A stretch of 64,000 nt of DNA from Candidatus Yanofskybacteria bacterium RIFCSPHIGHO2_01_FULL_44_24 (GTDB lineage: Bacteria; Patescibacteriota; Minisyncoccia; 2-02-FULL-40-12; GWA2-44-9), in the NCBI GenBank assembly GCA_001794215.1, contig MGJK01000012.1, positions 80,818 through 144,817 on the forward strand, given 5' to 3'. Position 1 is the stretch's first letter; the number at the start of each line of letters is the position of its first letter. A program made the translations under genes and the position numbers. Shown piece after piece: positions 18,270-26,138 of the stretch. The notes below the pieces were generated by a model, which had not been told where the DNA came from, made no database searches, and was given only the letters and a program-made list of their open reading frames with translations.

Positions 18270-19013
18270 ATGCGAAAGTCAGTTCTTTTACTGTCGTCTT
18301 TGTTTTTTGTTTTGTCGGTTTCCACTCTTGTTTATGCTAAGGCTCGAGATTATGAGTCTATTTTCTCTGCGGGATACGGCAGCGGTAATATTCAGGCTGT
18401 TCCGAGGCAGGATCCTCCTCCTCCTCCAAGAACGCTGCCTCCTTCAGGCGGATCATCCGGCGGTTCTGATCCCGATCGGGGTTCGGCCGGTAAGCGTACG
18501 GGCGAGAATAATAGAGGCAGGGATCGTGATAATTCACCCGTAAACGGCAGAGCGATTCCACGTTCTCAGCCGCCGCGAGTTTACATTCAGCGGGACCCGA
18601 TATATTTCGGATATGGACAAAACTTGTGTTGGCCTCGGAGTTACTATGACCGCAATTATTATGGTTACGATCCAAGGTGTGATCCTTACTTTTGGCGTCA
18701 TCCCCATAGTTCACCAAGAATCCGTTACGTCTATAGTCCCGGAAACAGCAGACCGGCCGTACCCGAAGCTCCTGTGATGGGTTCGATTCGTCTGAGGGTT
18801 AATCCCAAGACTGCTTCGGTCCTTATTAACGGAGTCCTTATGGGTATCGTCGATGAGTTTGACGGACTGACCAATCATTTGAAGCTTGAGCCGGGATTAT
18901 ATCAGCTTGAAATTCGAGCCGACGGCTATAAAGTTTTCAGCAAAGAGCTGAGAGTCGTTGGCGGAAAGACCGTCACTGAGCGCGCTACTCTCCAGAAGGT
19001 TCAGAAGAAATGA
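18270..19013 (+). CDS. Secreted Pro/Gly-rich protein with a C-terminal PEGA domain
   Basis: Signal-peptide-like N-terminus, a PPPPPRTLPPSGG low-complexity region, and the C-terminal GSIRLRVNPKTASVLINGVLMG...LEPGLYQLEIRADGYKVFSKELRV, which is PEGA-like. Confidence 0.55.
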   Translation: MRKSVLLLSSLFFVLSVSTLVYAKARDYESIFSAGYGSGNIQAVPRQDPPPPPRTLPPSGGSSGGSDPDRGSAGKRTGENNRGRDRDNSPVNGRAIPRSQPPRVYIQRDPIYFGYGQNLCWPRSYYDRNYYGYDPRCDPYFWRHPHSSPRIRYVYSPGNSRPAVPEAPVMGSIRLRVNPKTASVLINGVLMGIVDEFDGLTNHLKLEPGLYQLEIRADGYKVFSKELRVVGGKTVTERATLQKVQKK

Positions 19014-19072
19014 TTTTTGAAAAACCGTCTTAGGGGCGGTTTTGTTTTGAGGTTTTCCATATTTTCAAAAGT

Positions 19073-19639
19073 ATGATACTATACTGTAGCCTTTGCATCC
19101 ATAAACAAAGGAGGCAGGAAGTGAGGAAGACAGTTCTTTTTATCGTTGTCGCTTTAATCGTTAGTATTCCTAATATCATTTTTGCCCAGGAGCGTACCAA
19201 TCCGAATGATCAGAATCCTTCGTCCCAGGGCCAAGCCGTAAAGAGACCGCCCCAGAAACAGCCGGATAATCCTCCTCCGCCTCGGAGAGCAAATCCAAAT
19301 CAACCTTCTTCTCGCCAGCGAACGGTTCAGAATCCACCGCCTCGGCAACACGCCGTTCCGCGGCCGCCTCAGAGGCCGCAACCTCCTCAGAACCAGCAGA
19401 TTCGGCCTCAGCCTCAGCGCCGGGACAATCTGAGAGACAGTATTATGTGGGGATGGTACGGGGGCTGGAATCGGTACGATCCGCGCTACCGCAGACCATA
19501 TCCGCCGAGACCTTCAATTTGGATCTGTGTTCCGGGCCACTGGGTTCTTGATCGCTACGGATACAGGGTCTGGGTTCACGGCCGATGTAATATCCCGAAC
19601 CATCGGCACGATCTCTACTTTTATTACGGTTACCGCTAA
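19073..19639 (+). CDS. Secreted proline-rich protein, hypothetical
   Basis: Signal-peptide-like N-terminus, extensive PPxxP/QRPQPPQ low complexity, and an aromatic/Arg-rich C-terminus (YGYR). Confidence 0.4.
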   Translation: MILYCSLCIHKQRRQEVRKTVLFIVVALIVSIPNIIFAQERTNPNDQNPSSQGQAVKRPPQKQPDNPPPPRRANPNQPSSRQRTVQNPPPRQHAVPRPPQRPQPPQNQQIRPQPQRRDNLRDSIMWGWYGGWNRYDPRYRRPYPPRPSIWICVPGHWVLDRYGYRVWVHGRCNIPNHRHDLYFYYGYR

Positions 19640-19645
19640 AGTCCT

Positions 19646-21211
19646 ATGACGGGGCTTTTTATTTTTCAGGAAGTAAATTTCTCGGCGGCTTTAAAGCATC
19701 ATCTTCATCATCTTTCCAAGTGCAGAATTTTTATATACAATTGGCTTATGTCTAAACTTAAATTAACGGGTGACCATTTTTATAAATTTTTCCAGTGTCC
19801 TCATTGGATTTGGTACGATATCTACGGCGAAGCCAAAAAGAGGAGGGAAGCTCCGCCTCTGTTAGAGATGATTTATAAGGGCAAGGTTGCACAGGCTAAT
19901 CAAACTCTGGGCCAGCATAAAAAATTCGAAGAGGTTAAGCCGGAACTTTTGCGTGATTTGGACGAGGGTTTTTTGGCTACCTTAGAGCTTATGAAAAAGG
20001 GAAAAAATATATATCACGGAGTTTTGATGAGCGAAAATTGGGTCGGGATGCCGGATCTTCTTGAGGCAAGGCCCGGTAAGTCGGATCTTGGCGATTGGTA
20101 TTATGTTGTCTACGACGTTAAAAGCTCTCTCGATCTAAGCGATGAGTACAAGTTTCAGCTTATTTTTTACAGTTTGATACTTGAGCGTCTTCAGGGCGTG
20201 AGGCCGAAGGAGGCTTATGTCATAGATGCCGAAGGCACCGAAAGGGCGTTTGCGATTGATGATTATATCGATCAATTCCATCTGACTCGTCAGCAGATAG
20301 AGAAAATTCTTGACGGTGAAAAGCCCGCCCCATTTCTAAAGAGCGGCTGTAAAAGAACTCCTTGGTATTCTCTTTGTATTTCCGAGACTGAGGGCTGTGA
20401 CGACGTTTCGCTTATATACAAGATCAGCCAAGCCGATCAGAGGCGTCTTTATGAGGTGGGAGTCAAAACAGCTCACGATATGGCCGATGCCGATGTCAAC
20501 CAGCTTCAGGCTAAATTGGAAGACTGGCCTTTTGATAAAATTATCAGGTTCAGCAATCAGGCCAAGTGCCTGATAAGTCAGGAGCCCAAAATTTTAAGAA
20601 AGCCCAATTTTCCCGACGTAGCCCACGAAATTTATTTTGATATTGAGAGCGACCCCACTCGGGATATAGATTATTTGCTCGGTTTTGTTATAAAAAGTAA
20701 AACAAGCCCCGAGGAAGTTAAGTACGAGTATTTTTTTGCCAATGATAAAAGCGAAGAGCCGGAGATGTGGAGAAAGTTCTTAGATTTTTTGGCTGGCTTG
20801 GATAATTTCGTCATCTACCACTATGCGTTTTACGAAAGGCAGGTTTTCGATCGCTTAGCTCTTCGTTACGGTGCCCCCACTACATTAATAAATAAATTCA
20901 AAGATAATACGATCGACCTTCATCTCAAATTAGTTGATTCAGCCGTTCTGCCGCTGTACTTCTATGGTCTCAAAGATGTTGCCGGATACTTGGGGTATAA
21001 ATGGGATAATCCCGAGGCGGGAGGAGCGGAGTCTGTTGTCTGGTATAATGACTGGCTTGATAAAAAGGACCTGCCTGACCGGCAGGCAGGCGATGCGATC
21101 CTCAAGAAGATTTTAAAATACAACGAAGACGATGTCCGGGCCACCTTGCTGATTAAAGAATGGCTCTCTTCTCAAAAACCATCCAAGCATAAGGAGAGCT
21201 TAGACGAGTAG
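19646..21211 (+). CDS. TM0106-family RecB-like PD-(D/E)XK nuclease with a C-terminal RNase-H-like (exonuclease-like) domain
   Basis: N-terminal FFQCPHWIWYD Cys motif. VYDVKSSLDLSDEYKFQLIFYSLILE (D..K PD-(D/E)XK). C-terminal IYFDIESDP...DYLLGF. The likely start is the internal MSKLKLTGD. Confidence 0.65.
   Translation: MTGLFIFQEVNFSAALKHHLHHLSKCRIFIYNWLMSKLKLTGDHFYKFFQCPHWIWYDIYGEAKKRREAPPLLEMIYKGKVAQANQTLGQHKKFEEVKPELLRDLDEGFLATLELMKKGKNIYHGVLMSENWVGMPDLLEARPGKSDLGDWYYVVYDVKSSLDLSDEYKFQLIFYSLILERLQGVRPKEAYVIDAEGTERAFAIDDYIDQFHLTRQQIEKILDGEKPAPFLKSGCKRTPWYSLCISETEGCDDVSLIYKISQADQRRLYEVGVKTAHDMADADVNQLQAKLEDWPFDKIIRFSNQAKCLISQEPKILRKPNFPDVAHEIYFDIESDPTRDIDYLLGFVIKSKTSPEEVKYEYFFANDKSEEPEMWRKFLDFLAGLDNFVIYHYAFYERQVFDRLALRYGAPTTLINKFKDNTIDLHLKLVDSAVLPLYFYGLKDVAGYLGYKWDNPEAGGAESVVWYNDWLDKKDLPDRQAGDAILKKILKYNEDDVRATLLIKEWLSSQKPSKHKESLDE
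21070..21090. repeat. GC-rich near-palindrome cctgcctg(a)ccggcaggcagg, copy inside a coding region
   Basis: 21-nt in-frame copy encoding DLPDRQAG in the nuclease gene. 20-nt perfect-palindrome copies occur at 29631-29650 and 51709-51728. Confidence 0.8.
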
Positions 21212-21300
21212 CGTCTCAGGAATATTTTAAAACCCCTCGCCTATCGGGGTTTTAAAATACTTGAATTGATATTGGTGAATATGTTAAGCTCAATAACGTT

Positions 21301-22623
21301 GTGAAAAACAATCATTACCTACTTGCAGTTATAGCGCTGGCATCGATTTTTTTGTTTTGTTTCGTCTATCCCCAAGGAATCAATCGGGGGATAGATTTTT
21401 TGAATAATAAAACTAAGATAAGCATTCCTCATTGGCCCGGGTTTTTAGATATGCCATTCAGTCTGGGGCTTGATCTTTTGGGGGGCGCCCATCTTTTATA
21501 CGAGGCGGACCTTACGCAGGTACCCGGCAGTGATAGATCGGATGCCATGCAGGGCGTTCGCGATGTAATTGAAAGAAGGGTTAATTTTTTTGGCGTAGCC
21601 GAGCCGGTTGTTCAGGTAAGCGGAAGCGATCGTTTGATAGTCGAATTAGCAGGAATAAAAGACATCAATCAGGCTATTCAGATGATAGGGGAGACTCCGT
21701 TTTTAGAATTCATGGAAGAAAAGCCGAATTTCGACGATATAGTAAATAATAAAGCCCAGTTCGAGGATCCTTTTCAGAGTACCGGCCTTGACGGGCAGCA
21801 CCTGAAGAGAGCCCAACTGATCTTTGATCCTCAAACAGGCGTTCCCGAAGTCGGTTTGGAACTTAATGAAGAGGGTACAAGGCTTTTCGCAGAAATTACA
21901 AAGAGAAATTTGGGGAAGAGGGTGGCTATTTTCTTGGACGGCTTCCCGATCAGCATCCCCGTTGTTCAAACCGAAATTTCCGATGGCCAAGCGGTTATCA
22001 GCGGCAAATTTACTCCTCAGGAAGCAAAACTTTTAGTAACGCGGCTGAATTCAGGAGCCTTGCCGGTTCCCATCAGTTTAGTATCCCAGCAGACCATCGG
22101 CGCCTCTCTTGGCAGCGAGTCATTAGCCAAAAGCCTTAAAGCCGGCGTTTACGGGCTTGTTTTCGTAGCTTTATTCATGATTCTGTTTTATCGGTTGCCG
22201 GGAGCCGTTTCGGTCTTGGCTTTAGCCATATATACCCTGATCGTTCTCGGATTTTATAAGATCATACCCGTTACGTTGACCTTGGCCGGTATCGCGGGCT
22301 TTATTTTGTCTTTAGGCATGGCAGTAGACGCCAACGTTCTCATATTTGCCAGAATGAAAGAAGAACTGAAGCTCGGCCGTTCCGTTTCCCATGCTCTTAA
22401 AGAAGGATTTTCAAGGGCTTGGCTATCTATCAGAGACAGCCATGTGACTACGCTTATCGGTGCGGCGGTGTTATATATGTTTACAACCTCAATCGTTCGG
22501 GGGTTTGCCCTTACTTTGGGGATCGGAGTCTTAACGAGTTTACTTACCGCTATCGTGATTACGCGCTCATTCCTTACTTTATTTGCCGGTCCATTTTATG
22601 AAAAAAGAAAATGGCTGTTTTAA
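21301..22623 (+). CDS. secD: Protein translocase subunit SecD
   Basis: 440 aa with a periplasmic domain and C-terminal six transmembrane helices. Paired with secF immediately downstream. Confidence 0.9.
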   Translation: MKNNHYLLAVIALASIFLFCFVYPQGINRGIDFLNNKTKISIPHWPGFLDMPFSLGLDLLGGAHLLYEADLTQVPGSDRSDAMQGVRDVIERRVNFFGVAEPVVQVSGSDRLIVELAGIKDINQAIQMIGETPFLEFMEEKPNFDDIVNNKAQFEDPFQSTGLDGQHLKRAQLIFDPQTGVPEVGLELNEEGTRLFAEITKRNLGKRVAIFLDGFPISIPVVQTEISDGQAVISGKFTPQEAKLLVTRLNSGALPVPISLVSQQTIGASLGSESLAKSLKAGVYGLVFVALFMILFYRLPGAVSVLALAIYTLIVLGFYKIIPVTLTLAGIAGFILSLGMAVDANVLIFARMKEELKLGRSVSHALKEGFSRAWLSIRDSHVTTLIGAAVLYMFTTSIVRGFALTLGIGVLTSLLTAIVITRSFLTLFAGPFYEKRKWLF

Positions 22624-22644
22624 TAATAGTTCTAAATATAAAAA

Positions 22645-23538
22645 ATGCATCCGGTATATAAAATAATGTTCTTCTTATCTGCGGCGCTGACCCTCGCCGC
22701 TTTGGCCGTTGTTTTATTTTTCGGTCTGAATTTCGGAGTAGATTTCAGAGGCGGCAGCGTGATGGAGGTAGAGTTTGCGGGCGGCGCGCCCTCGATACGG
22801 TCATTTACCGATGCCGTGACTAAGGTAAGCGGAGGGGCCGAAATGAATATAAATTCAAGCGGTGACAGAGGATTTATTTTGAGAACCAAGGAGCTGAACG
22901 AAGCGGAACATCAGGATCTTTTCGGCAAAATAAAGGGTTCGTTTTCAGATAATGAACTTATCGAAAGAAGGTTCGACTCCGTGGGGCCGGTGATAGGCCA
23001 GGAGCTTAAGAGCAAAAGTATTACGGCGATTGTTTTAGTTCTTTTAGGCATAGTTTTGTATATTGCTTTAGTCTTCAGAAAACTTTCAAAAACTCTTTCA
23101 CCGTGGATCATGAGCTTTTCTGTTATTGCCGCCCTTCTTCACGACATCATTATTCCGATAGGAGTTTTTTCCCTGCTTGGCAAATTTTATAATGTTGAGA
23201 TAGGAGCCGTATTCGTTGCTGCGATTTTAACTATCCTTGGATATTCCGTATCGGATTCAGTCGTAATATTTGATCGCATCAGAGAAAATATCATAAGGGG
23301 CAGCGCGAAAGAAGGCTTCGTATCCACCGTTCATAAAAGTATCATGCAGACCCTGAGCCGTTCGCTGAATACCACCTTTACGACCCTGTTGTCGCTCGTA
23401 GCCATTTATTTATTCGGAGGGGAAAGCGTCAGATATTTTGCCTTGGCGCTTATAATCGGTATATTCTTGGGAGCCTACTCATCGATCTTTGTTGCATCGC
23501 CGTTGTTGGTATGGTTTAATAATAAGGCCAAGAAATAG
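22645..23538 (+). CDS. secF: Protein translocase subunit SecF
   Basis: 297 aa. GLNFGVDFRGGSVMEV at the N-terminus is typical of SecF, followed by six transmembrane helices. Confidence 0.9.
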   Translation: MHPVYKIMFFLSAALTLAALAVVLFFGLNFGVDFRGGSVMEVEFAGGAPSIRSFTDAVTKVSGGAEMNINSSGDRGFILRTKELNEAEHQDLFGKIKGSFSDNELIERRFDSVGPVIGQELKSKSITAIVLVLLGIVLYIALVFRKLSKTLSPWIMSFSVIAALLHDIIIPIGVFSLLGKFYNVEIGAVFVAAILTILGYSVSDSVVIFDRIRENIIRGSAKEGFVSTVHKSIMQTLSRSLNTTFTTLLSLVAIYLFGGESVRYFALALIIGIFLGAYSSIFVASPLLVWFNNKAKK

Positions 23539-23653
23539 ACCCATTTGACTAATTTAGACGGATTTATTAATATATTGAAGTCGCATTGACTAAAAACTAT
23601 TAAAATGCTATCGTATAAGGTGTAATTATTAGGAGGAATTACGCCTAAATAAC

Positions 23654-24715
23654 ATGCCCAACAACAACGCAGGCGCTATCGCCAAAACGGTCGTCGGTTT
23701 AGTTAAGAACCTGTCTACTCGAAACAGGGATATAATATCTCGTCGTTTTGGATTGAAAACAGGCAGAAAGGAGACTCTTGAGTCTATAGGCAAAAGCTAC
23801 GGGATTACCCGGGAAAGAGTCCGGCAGATAGAGGAGTTTTCCATGAATCAGCTTGCCAAAACCGCTAACGTCAATCCGGATGTTGCCCGGTATGTCTCTG
23901 CGGCCGAAGGCATTCTTCGGGATAACGGCGGCGCAGCCAAAGAAAGAGATCTGTTTAAGGCTTTCAGCGGAAACGATAAAGACAGCGTTGCCAATGCTTC
24001 GCTGGTCTTTTTGCTGACCCTGAATAACGAACCCGTTCGTTTTCATGAAAATGATGATTTCCACTCTTTTTGGGCGCTTAATTCTAAATTCGTAGATTAT
24101 CTCAGAAATACTTCCGCGTCGTTAGCTAACGCTATGAACAAGACCAAGAAGATAGTTCCGGCCGATCAATTCAAAGACTTTTTAAGATCAAACCATGTTT
24201 CAGGTCCTGATGGAGACGAGGTTTCCGATGGTCATGTTCAGATGCTTCTCTCTGTGAGTAAGAGCGTCTCCAAGAACATTTTCAACGAAGTCGGTCTGTC
24301 GGATTGGTCCGATATCAGGCCCAAGGGCGTCAGAGACAAGGCTTATTTGGTTTTAAAAAAAGAAAAATCACCCAAGCATTTCACCGATATCGCCAAGCTT
24401 ATAAATGTCGCCACTTTCTCAAGCAAGAAAGCCAACATTCAGACCGTCCACAACGAGCTTATTAAAGACCAGAGATTTGTTCTGGTCGGCCGAGGCATGT
24501 ATGGGTTGTCGGAATGGGGATACCAGCCGGGGACGGTTAAGGACGTTTTGGTTAGTGTTCTGAAAAATTCTTCCCAGCCTTTGCCCAGGGCCCAGCTCGT
24601 TTCCAGGGTTATGGATGCCAGGATGGTCAAAGAAAATACAGTGCTCTTAAATCTTCAAGATTCCAAAGTTTTCCTTAAAAAAGAAGACGGCACCTACGCT
24701 TTGCGTAAAGCGTAA
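23654..24715 (+). CDS. Sigma-70 region-4-like HTH domain protein (N-terminal) with an uncharacterised C-terminal domain
   Basis: ISRRFGLKTGRKETLESIGKSYGITRERVRQIEEFSMNQL matches the region 4.2 HTH pattern. The remaining roughly 280 aa have no recognised motif. Confidence 0.45.
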   Translation: MPNNNAGAIAKTVVGLVKNLSTRNRDIISRRFGLKTGRKETLESIGKSYGITRERVRQIEEFSMNQLAKTANVNPDVARYVSAAEGILRDNGGAAKERDLFKAFSGNDKDSVANASLVFLLTLNNEPVRFHENDDFHSFWALNSKFVDYLRNTSASLANAMNKTKKIVPADQFKDFLRSNHVSGPDGDEVSDGHVQMLLSVSKSVSKNIFNEVGLSDWSDIRPKGVRDKAYLVLKKEKSPKHFTDIAKLINVATFSSKKANIQTVHNELIKDQRFVLVGRGMYGLSEWGYQPGTVKDVLVSVLKNSSQPLPRAQLVSRVMDARMVKENTVLLNLQDSKVFLKKEDGTYALRKA

Positions 24716-24773
24716 TAAAAGGTTAAAAGTTAAAAAATAAAATTTAATTAAGCTACGCGTGTCGGCTACCTGA

Positions 24774-24808
24774 ATTTTTCATTTTTCATTTTTAATTTTT
24801 AATTTCTG
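24774..24808. repeat. Tandem 7-bp A/T-rich repeat (atttttc x2, attttta x2, atttctg)
   Basis: Five contiguous heptamers immediately upstream of the GTG start at 24811. Confidence 0.8.
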
Positions 24809-24810
24809 TT

Positions 24811-26055
24811 GTGGTTTTCTCTCTTACTCTCGATATTTTAAAAGCAGCTTTTTCTCTACTCGCCTATTTTTGGTGGCTTTATCTGCCGATTCTTTTGTTG
24901 CTGGCCGTAATCGGTGTTTTTGAATTTCATAATCAACTCAGATATTTTCAGGGACTAAAATGGGTTCTCCTGGAAATGAAATTTCCGAAGGACCTGCACC
25001 GAAGTCCCAAAGCTTTTGAGCAGGTCTTTGCCGGTCTTCACGCGATCACCATACCTATTAAATGGTGGGAGAAGATTTTTGTAGGGAAAATACCGGACTG
25101 GTTTTCTTTTGAGCTGGTCGGAGTAAGCGGAGAATCTCATTTTTATGTAAGGACTCTGGAGCAGTTTAAAAATTTGGTTGAGGCTCAGGTTTATGCCCAG
25201 TATCCCGAAGCCGAGATTGTGGTAGCTTCGGATTACATGGACGAACTGCCGACATATCTGCCGGATCATAAGTATGATCTTTGGGGTTCTGAATTGATTC
25301 TTGAGAAAGAAGATGCCTATCCGATAAGAACCTATCCTGAGTTTGAAGAAAAAGCGGTTGCGAAGGAAGATATCAGGCGCATCGACCCCTTGGCTTCGAT
25401 AGTGGAGCTAATGAGCATGCTCGAGTATGGCGAGAGGATTTTCGTTCAGTTTATCGTCCGGCCTTCCGGCGATGAGTGGGTAAAGAAGGCGGAGGCGGTA
25501 ATTGACAAGATCATGGGTAAAAAGCCCAAGGCCTCCAAGGAGAGTTTGGCCTCTAAGATAGTTTTTGGCATTGATCGAGCGATAACCGGACCGGGAGGGG
25601 GAACGGAAACTCCCAAGGAAGAGAGGCGGGCGGATCTTAGTCCCGGCAAGCAGGAGGCGCTTAAGGCGATCGAAAAGAGCATCGCCAAGATCGGTTATTA
25701 TACCGGTATCAGGTTTATGTATATAGCTCCCCGCGAATCTTATCATCGGGCTCATGTCGCGGGAATTTTGGGTACTTTCAAGCAGTTTTCTACTCATAAT
25801 TTAAACGGATTCAAGATGAACAAGCCCACCCGAACAATGACAAAGGGTTTATTCAAAAAAAGCAGAGAGTATAGAAAGAAAATGTTTTTATTCAGGAACT
25901 ATGCTACCAGGAAGAAGCCGCTCAAGGAGTTTGTTTTAAATATTGAAGAGTTAGCGACGATTTACCATTTTCCGGATGTTGGAGTGCGGGCGCCGTTATT
26001 GCCCCGCGTTGAAGCGAAAAAGGGAGAGCCGCCGGTTGGTTTGCCTACAATATAG
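24811..26055 (+). CDS. Membrane-anchored hypothetical protein (two N-terminal transmembrane helices plus a roughly 350-aa soluble domain). A possible membrane partner or split N-terminus of the downstream ATPase.
   Basis: Hydrophobic N-terminus LLAYFWWLYLPILLLLAVIGVF with no recognisable catalytic motif. Lies 83 nt upstream of the T4CP-like ATPase gene. Confidence 0.4.
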   Translation: MVFSLTLDILKAAFSLLAYFWWLYLPILLLLAVIGVFEFHNQLRYFQGLKWVLLEMKFPKDLHRSPKAFEQVFAGLHAITIPIKWWEKIFVGKIPDWFSFELVGVSGESHFYVRTLEQFKNLVEAQVYAQYPEAEIVVASDYMDELPTYLPDHKYDLWGSELILEKEDAYPIRTYPEFEEKAVAKEDIRRIDPLASIVELMSMLEYGERIFVQFIVRPSGDEWVKKAEAVIDKIMGKKPKASKESLASKIVFGIDRAITGPGGGTETPKEERRADLSPGKQEALKAIEKSIAKIGYYTGIRFMYIAPRESYHRAHVAGILGTFKQFSTHNLNGFKMNKPTRTMTKGLFKKSREYRKKMFLFRNYATRKKPLKEFVLNIEELATIYHFPDVGVRAPLLPRVEAKKGEPPVGLPTI

Positions 26056-26138
26056 GAAATGTAAAATGCAAAAATAAAAGTGCAAAATTAAGATTTTCGG
26101 AATTATTAATCTTAATCTTCGTACTTTTATGTTAACTT

